Positions 30,201 to 38,040 of a DNA stretch of 64,000 bases are shown piece after piece. Location of the stretch: positions 304 through 64,303 of the forward strand of contig JASGJA010000014.1 of assembly GCA_049840935.1 (NCBI GenBank), given 5' to 3'. Both the position numbers and the translations under genes were made by a program. The stretch's first letter is position 1. Each line of letters opens with the position of its first letter. The DNA comes from Mesorhizobium sp. (lineage in GTDB: Bacteria; Pseudomonadota; Alphaproteobacteria; Rhizobiales; Rhizobiaceae). Below the pieces are notes generated by a model. The model searched no databases, had not been told where the DNA came from, and saw only the letters and a list, made by a program, of their open reading frames with translations.

Positions 30201-32710
30201 CAGTAAACGGCACCGTTGCAATCAATGCGCAAAATGGCACCGTCGTCTTTACACCGACGGCTGGTTACACCGGCGCTGCGAGCTTCAAGTATACGATCTC
30301 TGACGGGCGCGGCGGTACGTCCACGGCGACAGTCAGCCTTGCAGTGAATGCTGTTCCAACAGGCGTTTCGTTGTTTGCGCCGGGAACCTCGCCAACGGGT
30401 TCGGCTTACAGCGACTCAAGCGTCGAGCTCGGCATGCGCTTCGTGACTTCTGCTTCGGGCACCATCTCCGGCATGAAGTTCTACAAGGCTGCCGGCGAGA
30501 CCGGTACGCATACCGGGTCAATTTGGAAAGCGGATGGCACTCTGCTTGGTACGCTTACCTTTACGAACGAAACTGCGAGCGGCTGGCAAACGGCGGCGTT
30601 CTCAAGCGCGATCAATATCGTCGCGGGCGAACAATATATCGTTTCGTACCATTCAAATGGACGCTATTACGGTACGAGCAATTATTTCACGACCGCAGTG
30701 ACCAACGGTCCGCTGACCGCGCCTGCTTCGGCTGGCGGAGCAGCAAACGGCGTATATGCTTACGGGGGCACAAGCAGCTTCCCGAACCAGACCTATCAGG
30801 CGGCTAATTACTGGGTTGACGTGTTGTTCAATCAGTCAGCGGCAGCGAATACGCCGCCGGTGGCCACGAACGATACCGGCTATACCACCACCTACAACAC
30901 GGCGTTCTCCGTGGGTGCCGCCGCTCTGCTTGCGAACGATACGGATGCGGATGGCGATGTACTTTCCATCACCGGTGTCGATCAGCCGGTAAATGGTACC
31001 GTCTCGTACAACACCACGACGAAGACCGTGACCTTCACGCCAACGACTGGCTATAGCGGTGCCGCAAGCTTCCGCTACACCGTGTCGGATGGAAAGGGCG
31101 GCACAGCGACAGCGACGGTCAGCCTTACAGTCAATACGCCGGTCAACACCGCTCCAACGGCTACCAACGACGGCGGTTATACGACAACCACGAATACGGC
31201 GTTGACGCTTGCGGCGAGTACGCTGCTGGCCAATGACAATGACCCGGATGGGGACGTGCTGTCGATCACCGGTGCCGATCAGGCGGTAAACGGCACTGTT
31301 GCTTATAACACGACGACAAAGGCCGTGACCTTCACGCCGACGACTGGCTACACCGGAGCTGCGAGCTTCCGCTACACCATCTCTGATGGTCGCGGCGGCA
31401 CATCTTCCGCAACGGTGAGCTTCTCCGTTGCAGCACCTGCGCAGACGGTCAGCCTGCTGAATAATGGCACGCCTTCGCAGCCTTCTGTGAACGATCCTTC
31501 CGGGGTTGAGCTTGGAATGCGCTTCACGGTTTCGGCCGCAGGCACCATCACCGGGATCAAGTACTATAAGGGTGTCAACGATACCGGCACACATACCGGT
31601 TCGCTGTGGACGTCCGGCGGAACGCTGCTGACCACGGGCACCTTCACCAACGAGACCACCAGCGGATGGCAGACACTGACTTTCTCGCAGCCGGTTAGCG
31701 TGGCGGCGGGCACTACGTTGGTTGTCAGCTATCACTCGAATGGGAACTATGCAGTCACGCCGAACTACTTCACGTCGACCATTACCAATGGGCCGTTGAG
31801 CGCGACGGGCGGAAACAATGGTGTCTATGCCTATGGCAATAGCAGCCTGTTCCCGACAAACACGTATCAGGCGTCGAACTATTGGGTTGACGTAACGTTC
31901 CAGAACGCAGCCGGAAATGCTGCGCCGGTTGCGAACAACGATACGGGTTTCTCAACCAGCTTCAACACGGCGAAGGTTATACAGGCGAGCCAGTTGCTGG
32001 CGAATGATACCGACTCCAATGGCGATACGCTCAACATTACGGGCGTATCAAATCCGGTAAACGGAACAGTCGCCTATAACAGCACGACGAAGGCGGTGAC
32101 GTTCACTCCGACTGCCGGCTATTCCGGTTCGGCGAGCTTCAGCTATTCGATCTCGGACGGCAATGGCGGAACGTCTTCGGCGAGCGTAAGCCTGACGGTA
32201 AATCCAAACACTGTGGCGCCGACGCAGAGTGTCTTCGCTTCATCTTACACACCGACGATGACTAATGTGGTCGATGGTCCGGTGCAGTTGGGCATGAAGT
32301 TCCAGACCGACGCCGCTGGATGGATCACGGGCTTCAGCTTCTATAAGGGATCGTCGGAGACGGGAACGCACACTGCCAACCTTTGGACGGCATCCGGCAC
32401 CCTGCTGGGCAGCGCGACCTTCACAAACGAGACTGCGAGCGGCTGGCAATATGTTGAGCTTGCACAGCAGGTGGCTGTGACGGCGGACACGACGTACGTC
32501 GTTTCTTACAATGCCAACAGCGCATATTCCGCAACGCCGAACTACTTCTCGACGGATCGCGAGAGCCAGAATCTCACCGCGCTTTCTTCGGCTGTATCCG
32601 GCGGCAATGGTGTGTATACTTACGGCACGGGAGCTTTGTTCCCGACGAGCACGTATAACAGCACCAGCTACAATGTGGACGTAGCATTCCGTCCGCAACT
32701 GGCGGCGTAA
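27260..32710 (+). CDS. Giant (1816 aa) modular, probably extracellular protein: S/T-rich N-terminus, N,N-dimethylformamidase-beta-like domain, Ig-like module, four DUF4082-like and four cadherin-like modules
   Basis: Single uninterrupted ORF; ATG at 27260 follows AAGGGG. DMFase-beta-like motifs: YRLGYYGGDGARK, TWQAYNAWGGASLY, GHDEYWS, FWSGNEVYWKVRWE. Cadherin-like modules follow the pattern APVANNDxGYxT…LLANDTDxDGDxLSITGV…NGTV…VTFTPTxGYxGxASFxYTxSDGxGGT. DUF4082-like modules follow the pattern VELGMRF…TGTHTGSxW…FTNETxSGWQ…VSYHSNG…NGVYAYG…NYWVDVxF. No Sec signal peptide and no GGxGxD RTX repeats were seen. Confidence 0.85.
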   Translation: MQKIGKRQLINKRAAEKGDKADKVFRYAGQQGDVTQQDGVQAGIWTVAQTTTSQAEAKTTVVTTSGQQAVRTFTVDAATFNTVESPSATTESSSSSDSGGSSTLDLGSAFSALSSTDTSTADTFSTSASATITARTTSVNTLSSTSTTSSTPGVTALAATGPNKIVLENQKQGNPQSEWGITGDGDPSIQGFATQISTNVGGTVDFKIATDSTDYRIEIYRLGYYGGDGARKVATIDKNLTTAQVQPHPIVDYTTGLIDCSNWSVSASWQIPEDATSGVYIAKLVREDGTGGASQIPFIVRDDASTSDIVFQTSDTTWQAYNAWGGASLYTGDIPVDPNDMIGWVPPNCHCSLYAIGKATAVSYNRPFITQTSPVGGTWDYIFGPEFAAIQWLEQNGYDVSYISGVNSTRNGAQLLNHDAFLSVGHDEYWSAEQRANVENARDSGVNLAFWSGNEVYWKVRWETDASGNAYRTMVCYKETWGLGDDPSGVSTGTWRDPRYADPGQEPENSLTGQLFTVDSYRSDTITIPYEMSNFRFWRDTSVADLQPGQTYSLVQNLLGYEWDSDVENGYRPAGMINMSLSTVSVNSYLRDYGTQIGTNTVQHSLTMYRAESGALVFGAGTVFWSWGLNDDHAGVPTPTDPNVQQAMVNMFADMGIQPMTLQASLTLATQSTDFIKPTSTITSPIIGASFVEGQKVTITGTASDTGGGIVAGVEVSLDGGHSWWKATGRENWTYNWVVQASGNYTIMSRAADDSLNLETPSAGKTVTVTLPTTSSLWTLAATPQQETVLDKDSVELGVKFKSSTSGEVTGIRFFKGFYNIGEHTVSLWTADGQLLARGVSTGESLDGWQQVTFSSPVTIAANTSYIASYHTNGYYSASNGTFTSGYSNGPLSVEANGAVYVYGNSPTFPTLSPFAQFTGDNYWVDVVFKPNTTNTAPVANNDSGYSTTQGNALTLAFAALTANDTDANGDALSITGVSDAVNGTVAINAQNGTVVFTPTAGYTGAASFKYTISDGRGGTSTATVSLAVNAVPTGVSLFAPGTSPTGSAYSDSSVELGMRFVTSASGTISGMKFYKAAGETGTHTGSIWKADGTLLGTLTFTNETASGWQTAAFSSAINIVAGEQYIVSYHSNGRYYGTSNYFTTAVTNGPLTAPASAGGAANGVYAYGGTSSFPNQTYQAANYWVDVLFNQSAAANTPPVATNDTGYTTTYNTAFSVGAAALLANDTDADGDVLSITGVDQPVNGTVSYNTTTKTVTFTPTTGYSGAASFRYTVSDGKGGTATATVSLTVNTPVNTAPTATNDGGYTTTTNTALTLAASTLLANDNDPDGDVLSITGADQAVNGTVAYNTTTKAVTFTPTTGYTGAASFRYTISDGRGGTSSATVSFSVAAPAQTVSLLNNGTPSQPSVNDPSGVELGMRFTVSAAGTITGIKYYKGVNDTGTHTGSLWTSGGTLLTTGTFTNETTSGWQTLTFSQPVSVAAGTTLVVSYHSNGNYAVTPNYFTSTITNGPLSATGGNNGVYAYGNSSLFPTNTYQASNYWVDVTFQNAAGNAAPVANNDTGFSTSFNTAKVIQASQLLANDTDSNGDTLNITGVSNPVNGTVAYNSTTKAVTFTPTAGYSGSASFSYSISDGNGGTSSASVSLTVNPNTVAPTQSVFASSYTPTMTNVVDGPVQLGMKFQTDAAGWITGFSFYKGSSETGTHTANLWTASGTLLGSATFTNETASGWQYVELAQQVAVTADTTYVVSYNANSAYSATPNYFSTDRESQNLTALSSAVSGGNGVYTYGTGALFPTSTYNSTSYNVDVAFRPQLAA
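29584..32707 (+). repeat. Intragenic modular repeats (coding)
   Basis: DUF4082-like units lie at about 29584-30054, 30350-30835, 31434-31903 and 32204-32707. Cadherin-like units lie at about 30058-30349, 30848-31135, 31139-31433 and 31913-32203. Units are diverged at the DNA level but share long conserved peptide strings. Confidence 0.8.
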
Positions 32711-32722
32711 GCGGAGTAAACA

Positions 32723-33946
32723 ATGGAAGACCATCGGGCGGATGGGTTGCTTCCAGTGACGGTATTGGCCGGCTTCCTCGGAGCCGGCAAGACGACACTG
32801 CTCAACCATGTTTTGCGCAATGCGGACGAGCGCCGCATTGCGGTAATCGTCAACGACATGAGCGAAGTTAACATCGACGCGGATCTCATTCGTGATGCCG
32901 ATGTAACCCGTACAGACGAGACGATGGTTGAGCTTTCCAACGGCTGCATTTGCTGCACGCTGCGGGAAGACCTCCTCGTCGAAGTTCGCCGGTTGGCTGA
33001 GGCGGGGAAATTCGATTACATCCTGATCGAAGGTACAGGCATAGCCGAGCCGCTGCCGATCGCGGCATCTTTCTCTTTCAAGGATGAAGAGGGCCGCTCG
33101 CTGCGCGATGTGTCGCGGTTGGACACAATGGTGTCCGTTGTCGATGCGGTAAATCTTTTGAAAGACTTCAGCAGCCAGGATTTGTTGAGTGATCGTGGAG
33201 AGGTTCGCGACAATGACGACGAGCGTAGCCTGATCGACCTTCTGGTGGATCAGATCGAGTTCGCGGATGTCGTCGTTGTCAACAAGGCGAGCGAAGTAAG
33301 TGTCGATGAACTGGCCGAGATACGCCGTATCGTTAAATCGCTAAATATCGACGCAAAGCTGATCGAAACCGACTTCGGCAAGGTCGATCTGGGTGAGATC
33401 ATGGATACCGGCCTGTTCAGCGAAGCGAAGGCTGCGGCGCATCCGCTATGGCACAAAGAGCTTTACAGTCCCGCCGAGCACATTCCGGAAACGGAAGAAT
33501 ACGGCATATCGAGTTTTGTCTATCGAGCTAGACGCCCCTTCGATCCCGAAAAATTTTATGCATTTACGCAACGCAAGTGGGACGGACTACTGCGCGCCAA
33601 GGGGCATTTCTGGCTGGCGACCCGCAAGGACTGGATAGGTCTCTATTCGGTGGCGGGTACACAGACAAAAGTAGATCAGAGGGGCTATTGGTGGGTCGCC
33701 GTTCCACGAACGTACTGGCCGCGCCAGCCGCAATTTCAGGCTATGTTGCAACGTTATTGGACGGCGACATGGGGCGACCGCCGGCAGGAACTGGTTTTCA
33801 TCGGTGTTAACCTACCGAAGGAAGAAATTTCAGCCGCGCTTGACGCATGTCTCTCCGGAAGCGAAACGGGAATTGACGCAAGGGAAGCGGCCGGGATGCG
33901 CGACCCCTTCCCAGAATGGGTTCGGCATAATCACGCCGCAGCCTAG
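32723..33946 (+). CDS. CobW/G3E-family metallochaperone GTPase (ZigA/YeiR-like)
   Basis: P-loop GFLGAGKTTLLNH, metal-binding CxCC motif (GCICCTLRED) and a CobW C-terminal domain. Starts 12 nt after the giant ORF stop, preceded by GGAG. Confidence 0.9.
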   Translation: MEDHRADGLLPVTVLAGFLGAGKTTLLNHVLRNADERRIAVIVNDMSEVNIDADLIRDADVTRTDETMVELSNGCICCTLREDLLVEVRRLAEAGKFDYILIEGTGIAEPLPIAASFSFKDEEGRSLRDVSRLDTMVSVVDAVNLLKDFSSQDLLSDRGEVRDNDDERSLIDLLVDQIEFADVVVVNKASEVSVDELAEIRRIVKSLNIDAKLIETDFGKVDLGEIMDTGLFSEAKAAAHPLWHKELYSPAEHIPETEEYGISSFVYRARRPFDPEKFYAFTQRKWDGLLRAKGHFWLATRKDWIGLYSVAGTQTKVDQRGYWWVAVPRTYWPRQPQFQAMLQRYWTATWGDRRQELVFIGVNLPKEEISAALDACLSGSETGIDAREAAGMRDPFPEWVRHNHAAA

Positions 33947-33969
33947 AGAGCAACAATGCGGAGAGTGAG

Positions 33970-34299
33970 ATGGCGGACGAACTCTATTCTGATGGAATTG
34001 GCGAAATCACGGTAACTGGAACGATCGTGCGGATCGATCTCGTGAGCCTTTCGCCTACCGAGCGTGATTTAAAAGGCAACCCAAAGCCGGTTTTCAGACA
34101 GCGCATCATTATGCCGATCGACGCTTTTGCGAATTCGGTCGACGTTATGGACAAGGCGCTGGCCGGTCTGGTGGATGCGGGTGCGGTGCGCCGTGCGCCA
34201 GAGGTAACGCCGCTTCCGGGTGCTGCGACGGCTCCTGTCGAGCAGCCGCGCACCAAGAAGGCGACGCCGCCGGAAAACAGCTCTCCGAATTTTAACTGA
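33970..34299 (+). CDS. Hypothetical 109-aa protein (no family recognised)
   Basis: ORF with a GGAGAG Shine-Dalgarno sequence. Beta-rich N-terminal half (GEITVTGTIVRIDLVSLSP) and a Pro/Ala-rich tail. Sits between the cobW-like gene and the T1SS ABC gene. Confidence 0.55.
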   Translation: MADELYSDGIGEITVTGTIVRIDLVSLSPTERDLKGNPKPVFRQRIIMPIDAFANSVDVMDKALAGLVDAGAVRRAPEVTPLPGAATAPVEQPRTKKATPPENSSPNFN

Positions 34300-34329
34300 T
34301 CGCGCGGAACCAGGGGGGCCTGACGTCCG

Positions 34330-36477
34330 ATGTCGATGGAGCAGCACACAAACATTCAGTGCCTTGCCCTGGTGGCGAGGCATCTTGGCGTAGATGTTTC
34401 AGCCGACCGGCTGGCGCATGATTATTCGGTCGGCGAGCAGCCGATTTCGACGCAGAAGCTTCTGCGTATGGCGAAGGACAAGGGCATGCGTGCCCGCGCC
34501 GTTCGCATGAAATTCGATGCGTTCGGCAAGTTGCGGGAAGCGTTTCCCGTTCTTGCTGAGCTTTCCAACGGAAATTGGGTGGTCGTCGCGAATGTCGTGA
34601 CCATGCCTGATGGCGAGCAGCGCGTCGGGGTTATCGACCCGCTCGCGGCGCGGCCCGAAGCATTGATGCTCAGCCGCGATCAGTTCGAGAAAAGCTGGAG
34701 CGGCAACGTCGTTTTGCTTAAGCGCGTTTTCAAATTGCGCGACAGTGAGCAGCCATTCGGTATTCGCTGGTTCATTCCGGAAATCATCAAGCAGCGCAGC
34801 CTGTTTCGTGACGTCGCGATTGCCGCCCTCGTGCTTTATGCATTGGGCCTCGTCACGCCGATCTTCTTCCAACTCGTGATCGACAAGGTTCTGGCGCACC
34901 AGAGCTATGCCACGCTGACGGTTTTGAGCATTGGCATCGTCATTGCGCTGATGTTTGAGGCGACTTTTACCTTCTTGCGGCGATATTTGTTGCTCTATGC
35001 GACTAACAAGATCGACGTGCGCGTGTCCACGCGAACATTCTCTCATTTGCTGAACCTGCCGATTGCGCTGTTCGAGCACGCCCCTGCGGGCTTGTTGATC
35101 AAGCACATGCAACAGGCCGGGCGCATTCGTGAGTTTTTGACCGGGCGACTGTTCCTCGGATTGCTCGATGCCATGTCACTCATCGTGTTCGTGCCGGTTT
35201 TGCTGCTCTACAGCGTCAAGCTAACCATGGTGGTGCTTGGGTTTACAGCGCTGGTTGGCCTGACGGTATTCATGCTGATCGGTCCTTTCCAGCGCAGGCT
35301 TCAAAAGCTCTATCAAGCTGAAGGCGAACGGCAGGCTTTGCTGGTCGAAACTGTGCATGGCATGCGCGCGGTCAAGTCGCTTGCGCTTGAACCGCGCCAG
35401 CGCCGCGTCTGGGATGACCAGTCGGCGGAAGTGATTTCCGAGCGCTATCACGTCGAAAAAATCTCGGCACTTGCGCAATCGCTGACCGGCTTGCTGGAAA
35501 AGCTGATGGGCGTCGCCATCATCGTGATCGGTGCGCTGGATGCGTTTTCCGGTGCGATGACGGTGGGTACGCTGGTTGCGTTCAACATGCTGGCGAACCG
35601 CGTTTCCGGTCCGCTGGTGCAGATCGTGACCATGGTGCACGAGTATCAGGAAGTTTCGCTCTCCGTTCGGATGCTGGGAGAGGTTATGAACCAGCGCCCG
35701 GAACGTTTTGGTATGGGCAGCGGCCTGCGTCCCGAAATCAAGGGCGAGATTGAGTTCAGCGGCGTTTCGTTCCATTACGGGCCGGATCGTGCGCCTGCAC
35801 TTGATGAGGTTTCCTTCAAGATCGAGCCGGGCACTGTGTTCGGTCTGGTTGGCAAAAGCGGCTCAGGTAAGACGACAATCACCCGCATGATACAGGGCCT
35901 GTATCCTGTTCAACAGGGACTGTTGAAGATCGATGGCGCCGACTGCCGCGAGATCGATCTGGTGCATCTGCGCAAGAGCATTGGCGTTGTGTTGCAGGAC
36001 AGCTTCCTGTTCAAGGGAACTGTGCGCGACAACATATCCATCGCGAAGCCCGACGCTACTATGGATGAAATTGCAGCTGCTGCGCGACTGGCGGGCGCTG
36101 AAGAGTTTATCGAGCGCTTGCCACGCGGTCTGGAAACGGACCTCGAAGAAAACGCATCCAACCTGTCTGGTGGGCAGAAGCAGCGGCTGGCTATCGCGCG
36201 CGCTTTGATCACCGATCCGAAGCTGCTGATTTTCGATGAAGCGACAAGCGCGCTTGATCCCGACAGCGAGGCAATCATCCGGCAGAATCTGCGCCGGATT
36301 GCCGAAGGCCGTACAGTCATTATCGTTTCCCACCGCCTGTCCACGCTCACCGATGCCGACGCCATTCTCGTGATGGAACGCGGCAAGGTGTCTGATGTCG
36401 GTCGTCATGAAGAGCTTGTGTCTCGTTGCATGACCTATCGCCATCTGTGGAACCAGCAGATGAAGCAGGTGGCATGA
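34330..36477 (+). CDS. Type I secretion system ABC transporter (permease/ATPase) with N-terminal C39-like domain
   Basis: About 130-aa N-terminal C39-like domain, a six-TM exporter domain, Walker A GKSGSGKTT, signature LSGGQKQR and Walker B LLIFDEATSALD. This is the HlyB/CvaB architecture. Confidence 0.9.
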   Translation: MSMEQHTNIQCLALVARHLGVDVSADRLAHDYSVGEQPISTQKLLRMAKDKGMRARAVRMKFDAFGKLREAFPVLAELSNGNWVVVANVVTMPDGEQRVGVIDPLAARPEALMLSRDQFEKSWSGNVVLLKRVFKLRDSEQPFGIRWFIPEIIKQRSLFRDVAIAALVLYALGLVTPIFFQLVIDKVLAHQSYATLTVLSIGIVIALMFEATFTFLRRYLLLYATNKIDVRVSTRTFSHLLNLPIALFEHAPAGLLIKHMQQAGRIREFLTGRLFLGLLDAMSLIVFVPVLLLYSVKLTMVVLGFTALVGLTVFMLIGPFQRRLQKLYQAEGERQALLVETVHGMRAVKSLALEPRQRRVWDDQSAEVISERYHVEKISALAQSLTGLLEKLMGVAIIVIGALDAFSGAMTVGTLVAFNMLANRVSGPLVQIVTMVHEYQEVSLSVRMLGEVMNQRPERFGMGSGLRPEIKGEIEFSGVSFHYGPDRAPALDEVSFKIEPGTVFGLVGKSGSGKTTITRMIQGLYPVQQGLLKIDGADCREIDLVHLRKSIGVVLQDSFLFKGTVRDNISIAKPDATMDEIAAAARLAGAEEFIERLPRGLETDLEENASNLSGGQKQRLAIARALITDPKLLIFDEATSALDPDSEAIIRQNLRRIAEGRTVIIVSHRLSTLTDADAILVMERGKVSDVGRHEELVSRCMTYRHLWNQQMKQVA

Positions 36478-37937
36478 TGGATATGACCCAACACAAGGAA
36501 GCTTTGCCGGAAGGCGTTGAAGCTGACGCCAGCCCGGTCGAGCAAAAGCCGACGGTGGTTGTGCAACCTTTGCCTGCGGCACCGAAAGCGGGCAAAAAAG
36601 TCATCTCGGAATTTCAGCCGGATGCAATCGAGCTTGAGGAACGGGTGCCGCCGCGGGTTGCGCGGATCACGCTTTACACGATAACTGCGCTAATCATTGC
36701 AGGGGTTACGTGGGCCTCCCTTGCTTCGATTGATGAGGTTGTCGTGGCTCGCGGTAAGCTGGTCACGACCAAGCCGACAATCGTGGTGCAGCCAATTGAA
36801 ACATCCATCGTGCGCAGCATCGATGTGCAGCCGGGCGATGTCGTGAAGGCGGGCCAGACGCTTGCGACGCTGGACGCAACTTTCAGTCAGGCTGATGTTG
36901 ATCGTCGCCGCACGGAATACGCCGCGCTGGACGCACAGGTGAAGCGCATGGAGGCCGAACTTCAGGGCCGCGACTATGCCGCCGAGGCAGGCAGCACACC
37001 GGACGAGATGTTGCAGGTGCAGGTCTTTATGCAGCGCAAGGCGTTCCACGATGCGCAGATGCAGAATTTCGATCAGCAGATTGCGGGGCAGCAGGCGGCA
37101 ATTGAATCCAGCACCGACCAGCAGACCATTCTGGCCGAGCGCCAGCAGACGCTGACGCAGATCGAGCTTGCGCGCGAAAAACTGGCCAAGCAGGAAACCG
37201 GTTCGTTGATGAATATGCTGACCTCGCGTGACGCACGTCTCGCGGTGGATGCGAGCTATGCGCAGGCAGTCGGCACGCAGGCGACGGCAACCCACGCCGT
37301 GGCCAAGTTGCAGGCAGACAAGCAGGCTTTCATTGAGGACTTTCGTCGGGTGACAATGGAAACGCTGGCCGACAAACGTAGCCAGCGGGACTCAACCGGC
37401 GAAGAGTTAAAGAAGATGGAGTTGCGCCGCGATATGGTGAAGCTGACCGCGCCGTCCGATGCGGTCGTGCTTGATCTTGCGCAGCGGTCCATCGGCTCAG
37501 TTGTGCGTGAAGCTGAACCTGTTCTGACGTTGGTGCCGCTGAATGTGCCGCTTGAAGCGGAAGTAACTGTCAATGCCAGTGACATAGGCCGAGTGGCTTC
37601 TCATGCGGAAGCGCGGATCAAGTTTGACGCCTTTCCGTTCCAGAAATTCGGGACGGCCGAAGGGTCCGTTCGCACAATCAGTCACGATGCCTATTCTCAC
37701 GATAGCTCTTCCAACAGCGCCGCAGCAGGCGGTGGCGACGGTGAAAACGCAGGGGCACCATATTACAAGGCGCGCATCAGGCTCGATAAAACCGACCTGA
37801 GAACGCCTATCGAAGATGTGCGGCTGCTACCGGGTATGGCAGTGACGGCGGAATTGAAGGTGGGCCAGCGGAAGGTAATTTCCTACTTCCTCTATCCGAT
37901 CCTGAAGGGACTGGATACGGCGATCCGGGAACCCTAA
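36474..37937 (+). CDS. HlyD-family type I secretion periplasmic adaptor (membrane fusion protein)
   Basis: Start ATG overlaps the ABC stop (ATGA). N-terminal TM segment (ITLYTITALIIAGVTWASLA), a long Q/A-rich coiled coil and a C-terminal beta-barrel (…LLPGMAVTAELKVGQRKVISYFLYPI). Confidence 0.9.
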   Translation: MMDMTQHKEALPEGVEADASPVEQKPTVVVQPLPAAPKAGKKVISEFQPDAIELEERVPPRVARITLYTITALIIAGVTWASLASIDEVVVARGKLVTTKPTIVVQPIETSIVRSIDVQPGDVVKAGQTLATLDATFSQADVDRRRTEYAALDAQVKRMEAELQGRDYAAEAGSTPDEMLQVQVFMQRKAFHDAQMQNFDQQIAGQQAAIESSTDQQTILAERQQTLTQIELAREKLAKQETGSLMNMLTSRDARLAVDASYAQAVGTQATATHAVAKLQADKQAFIEDFRRVTMETLADKRSQRDSTGEELKKMELRRDMVKLTAPSDAVVLDLAQRSIGSVVREAEPVLTLVPLNVPLEAEVTVNASDIGRVASHAEARIKFDAFPFQKFGTAEGSVRTISHDAYSHDSSSNSAAAGGGDGENAGAPYYKARIRLDKTDLRTPIEDVRLLPGMAVTAELKVGQRKVISYFLYPILKGLDTAIREP

Positions 37938-38040
37938 TCGAACGGCCTACATCTTTCGGTTAGCGGCGGCGGCCATTTTGGCTTCTGTACAGAATTGACC
38001 CGCCGCGCTTTTCTCATAGAAAATTTTGGAGCGCGTAGCA

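Noticed and set aside
30836-31735. 299-aa minus-strand ORF inside the giant gene
   Set aside because: It is antisense to the cadherin-like/DUF4082 repeats. It is extremely Arg/Gly/Cys-rich and repetitive only because it mirrors the sense-strand repeats.
29584-32707. Periodic repeats that might suggest a CRISPR array or tandem satellite
   Set aside because: The units are 290-500 bp long, diverged, in-frame and coding (protein modules). There are no short identical direct repeats with unique spacers.
27260-32710. Possibility that the giant protein is an RTX toxin or adhesin
   Set aside because: I scanned the translation for GGxGxD nonapeptide repeats and found none. The Gly-rich strings (DGRGGTS, DGKGGTA, GGGIVAG) do not fit the pattern. 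It is called T1SS-associated only by gene context.
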